A stretch of 62,607 bases of DNA, filler included, from Catajapyx aquilonaris (Eukaryota), in assembly GCA_000934665.2 (NCBI GenBank). It is 2 parts of 2 records of this genome, joined end to end, with 100 filler letters (N's around TTAATTAATTAA, not from the genome) between each part and the next. Parts side by side here need not be neighbours in the genome. Positions count along the whole stretch, not along the records: positions 1 to 31,267 come from KZ539167.1; 1 more part is not named here. One strand, given 5' to 3'. Position numbers and translations under genes: made by a program. This document shows positions 11,934 through 24,533 of the stretch, piece after piece. The notes beneath the pieces were generated by a model. The model was not told where the DNA came from. It was given only the letters and a program-made list of their open reading frames with translations, and made no database searches. Numbering within the stretch: position 1 is the first letter of the stretch; each line of letters opens with the position of its first letter.

Positions 11934-14856
11934 TAAAAGTGTCAATGGATAGGTTTTTTTGGTTGGTATGCCAACAATAGCAGCCGAGTAATAATATAAC
12001 CTTTGACGCATTTATAAAAAATAAAGGCGGCAACTGCCACATGTCCCTTCTACTTCTCACCTCCAGTCAGTAATTACGTGCATTATTGATGGTCGTGACT
12101 TTGAATACATTATTTGTTGGTATTTACACTGACGGCCATTTTATTCACACATATGCGTTTTTTTCTGATAGTGTGGTATGCGCATAAGAGATAAGGATGC
12201 GAATCCGGTGTGTTATCACACTTCAGATGCAGCAGATAATCTTATTATATTAGTGATATTATTTTAAATACCTGCTGTAAGTAACTGCTGATAATAAGCA
12301 GCTTAGTTCCAACAAATTATTATAATTGTTATAATTATTGATGATGATGATGATGATGATAATTCGGCGGAGCTTCACCCAGAGGGTGACATAACAAATA
12401 TTGAGATGGCTTTATAGATCGGAATCGAGATCGGAAGGACCTGAAGACACGAAACGGACGAAAGGAACGAATATTTTTCAGTTTACTTTTTTAAACTATG
12501 CCTAGTTCTTTTACAAGTACGGATCATTAAAGAGTTAAAAAGAGAGAAATGTAGCACTGAATTATCGTATAACACCCACAGGACTGAGGTAGACCTCTTA
12601 ATACAAATCCATTATATTTAAGCCGGAATCATCAAAGGTTATATGCTAATTGCATCTACATACTCAACTAGTCACATATCGTCATGTGAATTGAAAATAT
12701 GGTTCATTTTTGGGTACAACAACCTTCACCTGAATTTGACTAATGCGCGGTATATACGGGACATCCCCAACGGGGATCGAACCTTGGACTTGCGCTTACG
12801 ACATAGGCTTGTAGTTGAATATGCAAATGAATGGGATTTGAAGGAGTATAGTCTGTCTGCCAGCATGTCATTTAATTTATGGGGAAAGGGAAGGCGTGAT
12901 GACGATTGATATAGCAGGGGGCTGAAGAAAAGATCAATATATTATCGGGTGACATCATTACAATATGTCACATCACTTCATGGACCTAGCCCATAAAACG
13001 ATAGGTGAACCACCATAAAATTGATGCGGATAAATTCATGACTCTGTGACTCACATATTTAAAACTGACCCAATTTACACACGTGCCATATGCCCATATC
13101 ATTCAGTTGACATTCTCCACAAGGCTGGCCAGACTATAAACTAGCTGGCATACCGCTGTACTGCACACAAACAAAGAACTGCGTCGCATGTTATTGTGCA
13201 AGCCAAGCGTCTAGACCTGATACCAGCAGGATGGGAGGGGTGATGTACGCAGTGACTAACGACCACCACCGATTGAGACGTAGCAGAGTTTAGGGGGTGA
13301 CCAGTAATTGTTCCCTATGAAGTGGGGACAATCAGATAGCATCCCAACTTCCGGCAGTTTCCAAGCCACCAATGCTATAAACAGCGAAAGGTGTCCGGAG
13401 GCCAAGTAAACAAGTATTCTTTCCCCTAGCTGCTCCCGAATACAAATGAAGCTATTCAGAAAGATCAGAAAGAACTTGTAATTGGGTACGTTGCTCCGGG
13501 TTTTCCGTTCCATATGAAAACAACCTGTTCAGAGCTCACTTGGGCATGTCCCCAAAGGAACTCTAAAGACTCACAGGGTGTCCGAAAGGAAGCGCAGCAG
13601 GAGTTTTCGGATAGGCTATATTGAGAAATTCACATTGCTATAACTAAAAATAATAGCTATAATATAATGACAATTTGATTGACATCTGCTTTATCTTATG
13701 GGCATATGGGATATCTGGTGGAATCCTATATCACAAAGCGGATAATTTGCAACTTCGTGTCAGCATAATTTTCAGCACAATTACTGTCCTGATTGGTGAA
13801 CTCTTGCAGGTGTATATAGCTAGCTGCGTAATTCTCAATGGATGGTTTCGCAAACTGCTGATTAACCGAATCTTTCATGGCGACGGCATGCAAATGTGAT
13901 CAACCATCATAATGATTATTTAGAGTTGAACGTATCCTATTGAAAAGTTCTCGTAGCTTTTCAGCTTTTCTTTTCTTTTCTTTTTAACGATTGAGGCCTG
14001 GGCACCGCCTGTCTTTGGTGTCCTTGTGTTGTATGTTTACAGTTAATAAAACGCACGGAGTCTTCGAAACAACCAGCTGCAGAAGAAGGTTGTAATTTCT
14101 CGCCTTAGGGCCTCAGCTCGCAAGCATATGGCATTTCTCCAGCAGGAAACACATTATAGGCTATACATTTCGTCGTATGAAAGGGCAGGATTCATTTCAC
14201 TCTTCCTGCGCACTGCCAATATCGTCGCTACTATATAACCTATGCTATCGCGTCATATAAACTGTACTTTGCATATTACTTATTACGCATCGCCTGATGC
14301 TATATGTAGCCTTTGGCTATTTAAAAAAAAAATCACACCTCGCTCGTGTAAGGTATATAGCTATATGCTGTGCGCCGTACATTCAATTATTGTCATCTAG
14401 TTGTTTCTGAGTACTGTAATGCACTTGAGTAATCTAATAAGGGTGCGCCACTTACCTTTACATTGCGCAAGTGTTTTGATACTTCGACTGAAGCTAATTT
14501 TGGCACTGATATAGTGTACCCTCCATAAACCTGGGTTGCACGAATAATTACTGCAAATTACGGCGTATCTTCTATATTATTAATACCCTACTGTGATGGC
14601 GATTCCTCCCGCTGCGCTGTGTACGGCATTGGAAGTGATGTCAAAATTTAGCCCGCGTGTCCTATATTTGCAATAAACTTTTGTTTTTTGGAAATAGTGT
14701 CCAGGGAATTTATAAGCCCCCCCAAAAACGCCGACCACCTTAAAAAAAACCAACCGCCACGGAGTTCCCATAAACGCCGTTCCAGCCGCGGGCGCTACCT
14801 CCGCACCGTCTTACTTCGGTACTTCGCCGTCGGATGTCGCTGCCTGGTCCGCGTCT

Positions 14857-14857
14857 G

Positions 14858-14895
<38 letters not shown>

Positions 14896-14949
14896 TTCGA
14901 AATTTTGCCAAATTGTTTGCCAAATTTTGGCAAGTTGGTCCCTATAGTC

Positions 14950-15020
<71 letters not shown>

Positions 15021-15033
15021 ATTATTATTATTA
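14857..15033. repeat. (CT)n and (ATT)n microsatellites
   Basis: Directly visible; source of the poly-Ile/poly-Asn spurious ORFs. Confidence 0.95.
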
Positions 15034-15764
15034 CATTTTTGTGTGATTTTGCTGGAATAAGGGGGTGTGGAACACCTCTGACAAATGTTGGGGTTATCCG
15101 TCAGTGGCGCCAATGTGACCCACCCTTCCGCGTCAAGGACCACAGGGGGAAAATTGATGAGATATGGGAAGTATGTCTCACCCTCCTGGGATTTCTGATC
15201 GTACTAAGTTCGTCGAAGTTCTTCCAAGATTGGTGTAAAAGTTTCCATTCAAACATCCTGGGGTCGAGCAAGTGTGACCCTTGGCACGCCAGGTCAGCAA
15301 AATTAGGGGACGACGCGTCATTTTAGATAGTTCGCTAGTGACTCAATTAACTCCGGTTTAGCTGTAGTCATCATGCCGTCAAGACGGCGCCACGTTGGGA
15401 AATGGTCTTGAATAGAACAGAAACCCGGCGCTGTTTTTCGGTTGCTCAAGAATATTTACTTTGCCTGCATTAATTTACGTTGCTCAATACAGTGTACTTG
15501 GGGTAAGGACTTAAAGGTGACATGAAGGGTACGGCGGGTTTGGGTTTGGCAATACTTTGTTCGTGTTACCCTATTTCTTTCTTTTCTTCAAATATATATG
15601 GTAAAAAAGACAACCAGTAGCCTATCTATTGTTATAATTGCTCGTTGTTTATGTAAATTTAATTTTAAGTGTAAAATCCATTAATTTGCAATTTTGGTTT
15701 TCGCTTAGTTGGCACCATCATGGACCATTTATACCGAATATCTCCAACAAAATCAAGCGCAAGA

Positions 15765-16470
15765 ACCGTGGATATCCTGTAAATTGGAATATTGTCAACA
15801 ATTGTCAACATTTGCCGCAGGCTAATGAGACCACTTTTCTCTATTACAGTCGATCTTCCCTGACCGAAAGTAAAGTGCTACTTCTTGAATGAACAATATT
15901 TAAAAAAATATTTTAATCAAACAATCAATTTAATGATCCATATAAGTAAGTAACATTTGGTACTTAAATTCATCATCAAATCAAAATCACATGCTCATAT
16001 TATGTGATAATTTAAGTACCAAATGGTGCTTAAATTATCCGAAATTATCACATAATATGAGCATGTGATTTTGATTTGATGATGAATTTAAGTACCAAAT
16101 GTTACTTACTTACATGGATCATTAAATTGATTGTTTGATTAAAATATTTTTTAAATATTGTTCATTCAAGAAGTAGCACTTTACTTTCGGTCAGGGAAGA
16201 TCGACTGTAATAGAGAAAAGTGGTCTCATTAGTGTGCGGCAAATGTTGACAATTGTTGACAATATTCCCATTTACAGGATATCCACGGTGCAATGGATAA
16301 TTTTTTTTAAATATTTTAATGAAACAATCCATTTAATGTTCCATCACTATCACATCAAAATCACATGCGCATATTATGTGATAATTTAAGTACCACATGG
16401 TACTTACATGGATCATTAAATTGATTGTTTGATTAATTAAATTGATTGTTTGATTAATTAAATTGATTGT
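15765..16470. repeat. Fold-back palindrome (arms ~15765-16013 and ~16043-16289) followed by a third partial copy and short tandem repeats
   Basis: ACCGTGGATATCCTGTAAAT at 15765 mirrors ATTTACAGGATATCCACGGT ending 16289; 16305-16470 repeats the inner-arm sequence. Confidence 0.9.
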
Positions 16471-19063
16471 AGAGGAAGAGAGAACTACTTTTTCTGGTGT
16501 AATAGGTCCGGTTGTACGGGTACGTAACATGTACGAGTAGTATAATTATGTAACTCATCTCGCGGTATATCACACCGTAAATTTTGATTCAATTACCCTA
16601 TTGTGTATTATCACACTTATCACCCTCATTGCAATACTCGTACTCGTAATGAGTTCGAGGCCATTACCGATTATTTTGGGGTCCACCATAATATCACCAT
16701 TAGTGAGATAATGAACCGCATGAGTCATTTGAGAAGGTCAAGGCCATCTCCAGGATTACCCCCCAACCCCCCCCCCCCCCCAACCTCGTGTGAATGGGTG
16801 TGGAGCGTCACGCCTCCTCAGGTGGTGTGACCTGCACTTGTCCAGAGCCTGGGGTTGAGCAACCACGTTTTTGGGGTCAGGATAGGTTTTTGATTACGAG
16901 TGGTGATTTGTGTAGGACAGATGCCGGGCTGGGAGGGCAGGAGGGGGCCCGCCTTGGCTGGGGACAGCGAGTCGGGGCTTTGGCACGAACAAGGGGAGGC
17001 CGTGGCTTTGTAATCTGTCGATATTTCACAACGTCGGTGCCAGGCTGGCGGCCTCCGAAGTGATGCGCTGCGCTGTGGTGCAGGCCTCCCTCCCCCTGCC
17101 CTCTGCCCTGCTCTTTCCCCCCAAGACATACAGGTTCAACACACGGCCTGCTGCCTGCCATTATGTTGTCTAGCCACCCGACCCAATGTCCACCTGGTTC
17201 ACCCCCAGGATTCGAATCCCCCAACATTTGGCGCCAGGTGTCGCGCGGCCGATTGCGTTGCGGAGGCCGGTCAGTGGACCGCGGGGCATATCGAGGGCAG
17301 GGGGGTTTGGCAACTAGTCACGGTATCCGATCATTTCCTATGTCTGGAGCACTTCCTTCAAGTGCTTGGTAATTGTTATTTTCCGGCTCTTGTGTACGTT
17401 AAGGGCCGGTTGCACCAGATTCACAATTAGCAACAAGGGCATATCCGTACTCTCATGTACTTATAACTGCTTGTATAAGCGTAAATTCCACATTTTCAAA
17501 AAAAAATGTGGAATTTGCCTCATTATCCAAATGCTTCAGTTTGAGTGATTGGAGAGTACGTGTGGCCAGAGGTTCAATTAAGCCCGTGGATACTGATGTT
17601 TGGGAGCATACCGTCGCTAGGGATACGGAATTCTATCAACTCGTTAACATCAGTTATACGGTATGTGTTGGTCCCCGGATTACCTGGACAACCTTTGAAA
17701 TATCTGAGGTTTCGAGTCAGGTCTATTCATATTGTACAGGGCATGCGCCTTTGAGTACATGAACCGATGTCCGCTGCCTGATTATATATACGATTTCTAT
17801 AGACCGACTGTATATTACGACCTGCATTCACAGGGTTCAAACACACTTCATTTCAGTAGCAGCACATCTGCACTTTCTCATCCGCCCATTTGCAGTGACG
17901 AGCTATTGCACTGCGGCCAATGTGCTCTGAATCAAGCCATGTTATTCCTCGGTGTATGAATACATGTTCCAACGAGTAATTATGCTCGTTTAACTTGATT
18001 TCCTGACGGACTCTGAGAGAGAGAGAGAGAGAGAAAAAAAAGGGCGCCAGATGGGTAAATATCACGTGTATATGCCAGCATGGTTGAACTAGATGAACTG
18101 ATACAAACAAATTGCCATGAGGGAGCACCGTGTATATAATTCAGCGAGAGATGTCAACATCCGGAGGGAATATGATATGGCATCCTTTGAAAGACCATTA
18201 GTTATGGATTGATCGTGATGATGAGCAGGTATAATTCAGGCGTGCTCGTATTACCAGAAATCTGTTGTCTCCTAAGAAGAATGAGGGATGGTTCAACGAA
18301 CCGTGCTAAGCTTCTATAGAAGTAGAGCGAGACTGTCCCAGTACGAGATATATTATAGACATTTATGACGGCACGGATTCCATCCTCCGAGAGGTCACGA
18401 CCCTTAGCTCCTAACACATGACCTGCACCACACCCTTTTAAAAGCAGCAAGTTACTGTTTCCGCTAATGTCAAGCAGGTGGATATTTACTGCATCATGAA
18501 GAGTTTGGGCAGACATTTGGGAGTGTGTGAGGCATGTGTAGTGTAGAGAAAACGTAGGCGATATTTTTGGTTTTGAATACGCCGTTGGGGTTGGGAGATT
18601 GCACCAAACCGGTGTCCTTCAGCAGGAAAGGAAGCGGTGTTTATGGGCAATAACAAAGCCGTAACTAGCGAATGTACGCTGCTGAGATATTCATCTCGGC
18701 AATGTTGCTTTCCTTCGCCAGAATTCTTCTCCGTTGTAGCCATGAGTGTGCGCAAAATCCTTTTCCTATAGATAAATACCAGCTGGACATGTTTTGACCA
18801 CCATACCATATCATGACCATACCGATATGCCCGGAACTTGGAAATTCATGGACCCCGAATACTCGCACTAGATAATGTAATAATAAAAAAAACAAGACGT
18901 ATTATTCAAAAGTGGACAATAATGTGGTATGGGGGACATTGGTTTATAGTGGTTTTATCTACGCTGAAGTGTGGGGAATTGAGAGTAGATTTACAAGTTG
19001 CGCCATAAAAACCGAGAGAAGTACTGATTACAATGGTGGATAGTTCTCATAATGGGGTTGTAG

Positions 19064-19064
<1 letters not shown>

Positions 19065-19106
<42 letters not shown>
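19065..19106. repeat. (CT)n microsatellite
   Basis: Directly visible. Confidence 0.95.
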
Positions 19107-19108
<2 letters not shown>

Positions 19109-20619
19109 AATGTTGAGTTTTATAGTCAATAGTGAGTTCATATACCCTTAAACAACTTCAAGCAACGAACAGCCTGTAACAATAACAAATAGAATGCTAA
19201 TATGCATACGGGTATGCGCTATGAGTCATATGCAGGCCATCCGTAAACAATACCAGGCTAACGATATAGTCTAACATAACTGCACCTGATGTGACGTTAA
19301 AGGCGGGTATTTACCAGCTATGGAGGAAAGACGGAATCTATGACGTCCCGAAAAATATTTTAAATATTTGACCGCGACGCACCTTTTTGCGGCTGCAAAT
19401 TTTTAAATATGATTGTCGTTTTTTCTTGCAACGGGTTTTTAATTCTTAATTTATAACCCTCAGTCTAGTATGAAGCAGCCAGCCGAGAAGTAAAAGTGGG
19501 CCACCACCTATATCTTAATAACAAACCAACGTCGCCATGAGGCATTTTGGAAAACATAGCAAGTCTAGCTGGTCCTTCCGGGTCATGGCTGGTATATGTC
19601 GATATACTGTGAAGGCATGTTTTCAATTCTCTCTCTGCTCATATGTCAGTGAATGAAGTATTGTAGATGTTATGCTTTTTGGTGACAGGCATTGACTGTT
19701 CCTTCATTGCTTATGCATAGCGTTCATAAATCGTTAATCAGCTCCACAGCAGATCCAAAATGCCAAACAAAGCTGCCTGTTACGACGAGAATAAGACACC
19801 TTTATACACACACGTTCTGTTGGCCCTTTAAACAAGGGGTGTATTGGGCGCGGACCTGACACCAGGTCGTATGGATGCCTGGCCGCGTAACTCGACACAC
19901 CCTGAGCCACGCAGAAACTTCGGACTAATTGGGACGCCATGACATTACCGTTTTTAGTAACTTATATAACCAACGAAATTGACCCATGCAATGGTGTCCT
20001 GGCGCTTTACAACCATCACACCAGGAAGTATTAAGTTAGAAAAAAACTTTTATCTATTATAGTAGCGATGATTGTATAACCCCACAACAAATTTGGCATA
20101 TATTTTCCTGATTTGTATCTACGCCTTCAATCGACATCTGGGCCTCTAAAATATGATGTTCTGAACAATCAAACACCGCCTACTGACTCATTCGGCGTTT
20201 TATTGCCCTCCACGCTACCCTAAGAACTCGATATGAAATATTTGCAGAACTGGTCATCCTTAGGCCCAGTCACCACAAGTCTATTGGTCACAAGGCTGAT
20301 TAACCCATTTGAATGCGATTACTGGCCTACCAGACAGAAAACGGCCTCAATATCTTGTTTTTTCAGCTTTGATTACGAACATCGGGTCTGTCCATTTATC
20401 CATTGACAGGCACGTCAAAATGGGCATGGTCGATGCTATACAATACGTAATCAGACGCAATCTCCATGATCCCGAATTGTGGCAGGTTGCATGATCGATA
20501 GTAAATCCAGAACAAGTAGTTATTTGCATATTAATCACACATCTGTAGTGATCTCACATTTGTGTCATCCAAGTTGACTCAACTGCTTCTCGCCGGTCAA
20601 GTCACCTCCCCTTGACTAT

Positions 20620-21035
20620 ACCTGCGTGAATATGCCATGACGCATGCTCTGACAATCCCCAAAAAGTGCGACTTTCCACTCAATCCGAGTACACACACTG
20701 TTTGTGCGTGGCGCGATTGAGTTTGGCTGGTAGTGCGCATGCTCCCATCTGGCGAGGCATGCGGCGTGGGTCCCTGCGGGGAGGCGGCGGGAGGATAGAG
20801 TCGGGGAGGCGAGTTGGGGGAACGGGAAGTCGTCGGCGAGGCGAGCCAGCCAGCCAGCCAGCCATCAAGCCAGTCGTGAGTGAGAGATAGGCCGGGGAGG
20901 GTGGCCATCGCAGGTCATGCGGGAGTCGCGACGTCGTCGTCTACCGGACGCCGCGGTGTGAGTGAGGGCGGGTGGGTAGGCCGCGTCCACCGCCTACTCC
21001 ACGGATGCTGGCTCCATACGGACAGGTCTATGTTC
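20620..21035 (+). promoter_or_regulatory. GC/CpG-rich promoter and 5' leader of the I-Smad gene
   Basis: Sharp rise in GC and CpG immediately upstream of the Smad ATG; transcription start not determinable. Confidence 0.5.
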
Positions 21036-21417
21036 ATGTTCCGGAGCAAACGGAGCAACCTGATCAAGCGGCTGTGGCGACTACAGCATGCGGGATTGGG
21101 CGACGGGGAGGAGTTGGAGGAGGCGCGGGCGGCGGCGCATGCACTCCTCAAGCGGATGAAAGAGACTCAACTGCAGATGTTTCTGCAGGCGGTAGAGAGC
21201 CATGGGGCTGACCTGTCCGAGTGCGTGCTGCAGGAGCGCCGGGAGGTGGTGCTCCGAAGACGGGTCGTGGCTCCCCATGTGCTGTGTTGCCAGCTTTGGC
21301 GCTGGCCCGACCTGCAGCTGGAACTGGAGCTCAAGAGGCTCTCCTGCTGTGGGTCGGCCAGAGACCCGGTATACATCTGCTGCAACCCGTACCACTGGAG
21401 CAGACTCTCCAGGCCAG
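21036..21417 (+). CDS. Smad6: Inhibitory Smad (Smad6/7/Dad-like), coding exon 1: conserved N-terminus plus MH1 domain (alternative in-frame ATG at 21030)
   Basis: MFRSKRSNLIKRLWR start typical of Smad6/7; LLKRMKETQL..QAVES..CV..PHVLCCQLWRWPDL..ELKRL..CCNPYHWSRL; donor G|GTAAAT, phase 1. Confidence 0.95.
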
Positions 21418-22864
21418 GTAAATATTGTGTGTCGGCCAGTGGTGATATCAACAGTTTTCAATTCACGTCTGTATTTTTATGGACGGGACTGTACTTTTCG
21501 GCTTTTAATCGGGGNNNNNNNNNNNNNNNNNNNNNNNNNNNNNGGGGGGGGGGGGGGGCGGAGGGGCCGGCGAAAGGAGAGTTGGCCCACTTGCGGCATG
21601 TGCTTGATGGGGAAAAGGAAAAAGTGAACCTCTGGTGTATGGTGCATGTCAATGGTGTGTGGATGGACATTCGGCGGTTTCGGTTGCTTTGCTGGTTGTT
21701 TACGGCGCTCTTAGGGGTGCACTCGAATAAATAATTGAAATTTTTGATCAGATCGCATCGTACTTGTTAGAACTACCGCTATAGGCGTAATGTGTATTTT
21801 ATACCCTCCTAACAAACTGGTGACAGTATTTGTAACGCGGCTTGAAACCAATACGATAATGACCGTAATAAACTTGTTAAAATATTGTTGGTAATCAGTT
21901 TCACAAAGTTAGATAATTTTTAGTAGTTTGGACTGCTGGGACTGGTACTATTTTGCACCTGCAGATGTGACGGTTGGTAAAATTGTGACGCATCACATCG
22001 GACCTGTTTATTATCCGCCTCGAAGGGAGCTGGCGCGCCAGAGCCGGCTTGGTGGCTGGCTTTCACATACCTGCCTCCTCTGAAAGCAGAAATAGGATGT
22101 TTCACCGTATTTGAACCGTCACCATATCGTGAAATAAAAACATTTGCACAACACCAATCCAGATTAGCCCATTACCATCTAAATGTGTCGACAAAAGAAA
22201 AACCCGGGTTCTAGTTCAAGTAGCTCAATCCCTCGGGCCATATGAAGAAATCAGGCCGAATCCGAACAAAAGGGCCAAAAAGGGGTTTGCCCAGGTTTGC
22301 CCTTCTCCCACCCACCCTGGGGCACTCACTGATACCTGAGCCTATTTTGACCCTAGGAAAGGAGGGTAGCATGGTCACTGGAGCATGAATTCTTGGAAGA
22401 CATGACGGTACAGCAGGCTTGGAAACCCCACAAATTCGCGTAGGGTGGGATTAGTCTGGTCCTAAATTAAAAACCTGGCCCTAGTGGCGTTTAGGTCTTA
22501 GATTAGTAACAGGGGGCGAAAACCGATAGAAACCGCGTAAAATGCTGAGGCCGTGTGATGTCCGAGCAGTTGGTGTGTGGAAGTGGGGGAGAATTTAGCG
22601 TGCGGTAAGAGTAGGAATGAGAAGGTTGGCGCCAAGGGAGGCCGCCAGCCCGCTTATCTGTCGCCGGGAGCTTGGCAATTAGTCGGGGGGAGAGCTGGGA
22701 GAAGGAGGGTGCCCTCTCCCTCCCCACTCCCTCCCTTGCCCATATGCTGGGCGCCACACAAGTCGACAAGTATCGATACGGGCCGAACTATCAGGATGGG
22801 GGATNNNNGGGGGGGGGGGGGGGGGGGGGGGGGGGAGGGGCAGGCCCTGGCCCCGTCAGGTCGT

Positions 22865-22879
22865 GGCGTCTAGTTGTCG
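22865..22879 (+). promoter_or_regulatory. Mad/Medea activating element (AE) GGCGYC-N5-GTCV in Smad intron 1
   Basis: GGCGTC TAGTT GTCG, exact consensus match. Confidence 0.55.
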
Positions 22880-23073
22880 GGGATGTAAAATGACTAGGAT
22901 TGCTGACGCCCATGGTGCGGTATCGGCACGACGGTAGTAACCTGTAGCGCAGGTGCCGCCCGGGTGGGTGGCAGGTGTGATGCGACCTGTTGCCAACATT
23001 GGGGAAGGTTTACGCATGCGCGAATTCAATGGGGGGCGTGGTATCAACGAGCATGCGCCCAATCGGTGGGTGG

Positions 23074-23133
23074 GTTGACTCCGTGACAGACTGTTACGTT
23101 GACGCTGTGACAGACCGTTACGTTGAGCGTGAC
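23074..23133. repeat. 24-nt tandem repeat (~2.5 copies)
   Basis: GTTGACTCCGTGACAGACTGTTAC GTTGACGCTGTGACAGACCGTTAC GTTGAGCGTGAC. Confidence 0.8.
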
Positions 23134-23356
23134 GTACTGTCCAAATATTCAGTGGTTCAGTCGGCGGTATCTGACTGTCACCGGTTATGCAACCACCGCG
23201 CCTCACCTGCACCGGCGTATGTCCCTTGCGTCACGCAGCCCAGCGAAATTTCCAACCGGCGTCCGAGCGACGCCTGACGTCAATAATATCCCCTGCCGCC
23301 GGGGGGGAAATCGGTTAGAAAGGCCTCCTAAATTGTCCGTTCAAGACCTTTCGATT

Positions 23357-23371
23357 GGACGACGCGACGCC
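23357..23371 (-). promoter_or_regulatory. Second Mad/Medea activating element in Smad intron 1
   Basis: Minus strand GGCGTC GCGTC GTCC, exact consensus match. Confidence 0.5.
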
Positions 23372-24476
23372 GGTAACGAGCAGGCGGTTCCCCCACAATG
23401 CAAACAAAACCACTTGATATAAATTGTAGGGAAGTACCGGGCAACTATGATCCAATTGCATATCTCGGATTGTTGCACCCCCCGGGCAGCAGGTTGTGTA
23501 GCCATCCACACCCACTTGACGGAGCCTCACTGGCACTGCACACAATTCCATGGGTATATTTAGAAAATGTGTTGACAAGAGGAGATTCATTAGCAGGGCG
23601 GCCATTAGCAAGGTTCCTAATCCACCCCCCTAGCCATTCTTGTAAGGGTTTTGCGGGCATTTGGATCTACAACGGGTTAGAGGACTAGTGTTAGATGGGG
23701 GAAGAGGATCAGGACGGACTTACATTCGCACCTGATCAAGTAGCGATCAAGTAATTAGGGGTTGAACGTGGTTAGTGCGTATATTAGGGCCTAGGGGTCA
23801 ATGGTAAGAAGATGTGACAATATTTTATATAATTTGCACATTTTATTTAGATACAGATTCTAGAATATACTATTTCAATATTGTGGTCGTAGGGTCATAG
23901 ATGTGATATTGAATGCACTTGCTACTGCCAGCTACTCAGTTTGCCCAGCAGAAAAAGGGTCAGTCTTATCAACTCCCAAGAGGGACACTAAAAAGGTGTC
24001 TTGCTCTGCACTGTTGCCAAAACAGCTCGTAGGCACATTCTTCCGGGTTCATCCAGATCTGACCCGGACTATATGACCACTTTTATTAATACACAATGAC
24101 ATCAAACTTGACAGCTAGTGTTGTGCAACGCATTAAGGGAATAAAGAAGGGGTTTCCGATGATATAAGTCAGATAGCCATGGTCCCAAGGGGTCATGTAA
24201 CTGACTTGCAAGTCAATGACGTCAATTATTTATTAGTGCATTCAATTGCATATTTTGGGCACATGGTTATGCAATTGACTGTACCGAATGTGTTTACTCT
24301 CCACGATCCTTTTATCTGCAATTTCGAAATCGTCCCATCTGTAGTGTAGGTTAGTAATCTATAGATAGCTGGGATGGTGGAAATTATATGGCGGTTTTGC
24401 ACACAACTGATATATATGACACATATTGTAGCTATGTGTATACTGTATAGTAATTGTCGACTTTTTTAAATTTCAG

Positions 24477-24533
24477 AATCCCCGCCACCGCCTTACAGCA
24501 GGTTTACTTCTGAAACCAAGTTCAGGCCTGAAG
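24477..24533 (+). CDS. Smad6: I-Smad exon 2 (57-nt micro-exon) with the PY motif
   Basis: tttcag|AATCC...GAAG|gtatg, phase 1-1; encodes ESPPPPYSRFTSETKFRPE, continuing in frame from exon 1. Confidence 0.93.

Noticed and set aside
14688..15326. 212-aa ORF and the antisense 110-aa ORF
   Set aside because: Open only because of the (CT)n and (ATT)n microsatellites.
18202..18895. Overlapping minus-strand ORFs of ~100 aa
   Set aside because: No recognisable homology or splice chain; possibly decayed TE.
20880..21734. 284-aa ORF taken as the complete Smad protein
   Set aside because: Homology starts at ATG 21030/21036 and ends at the 21417 donor; the rest is 5' leader and intron read-through across an N gap.
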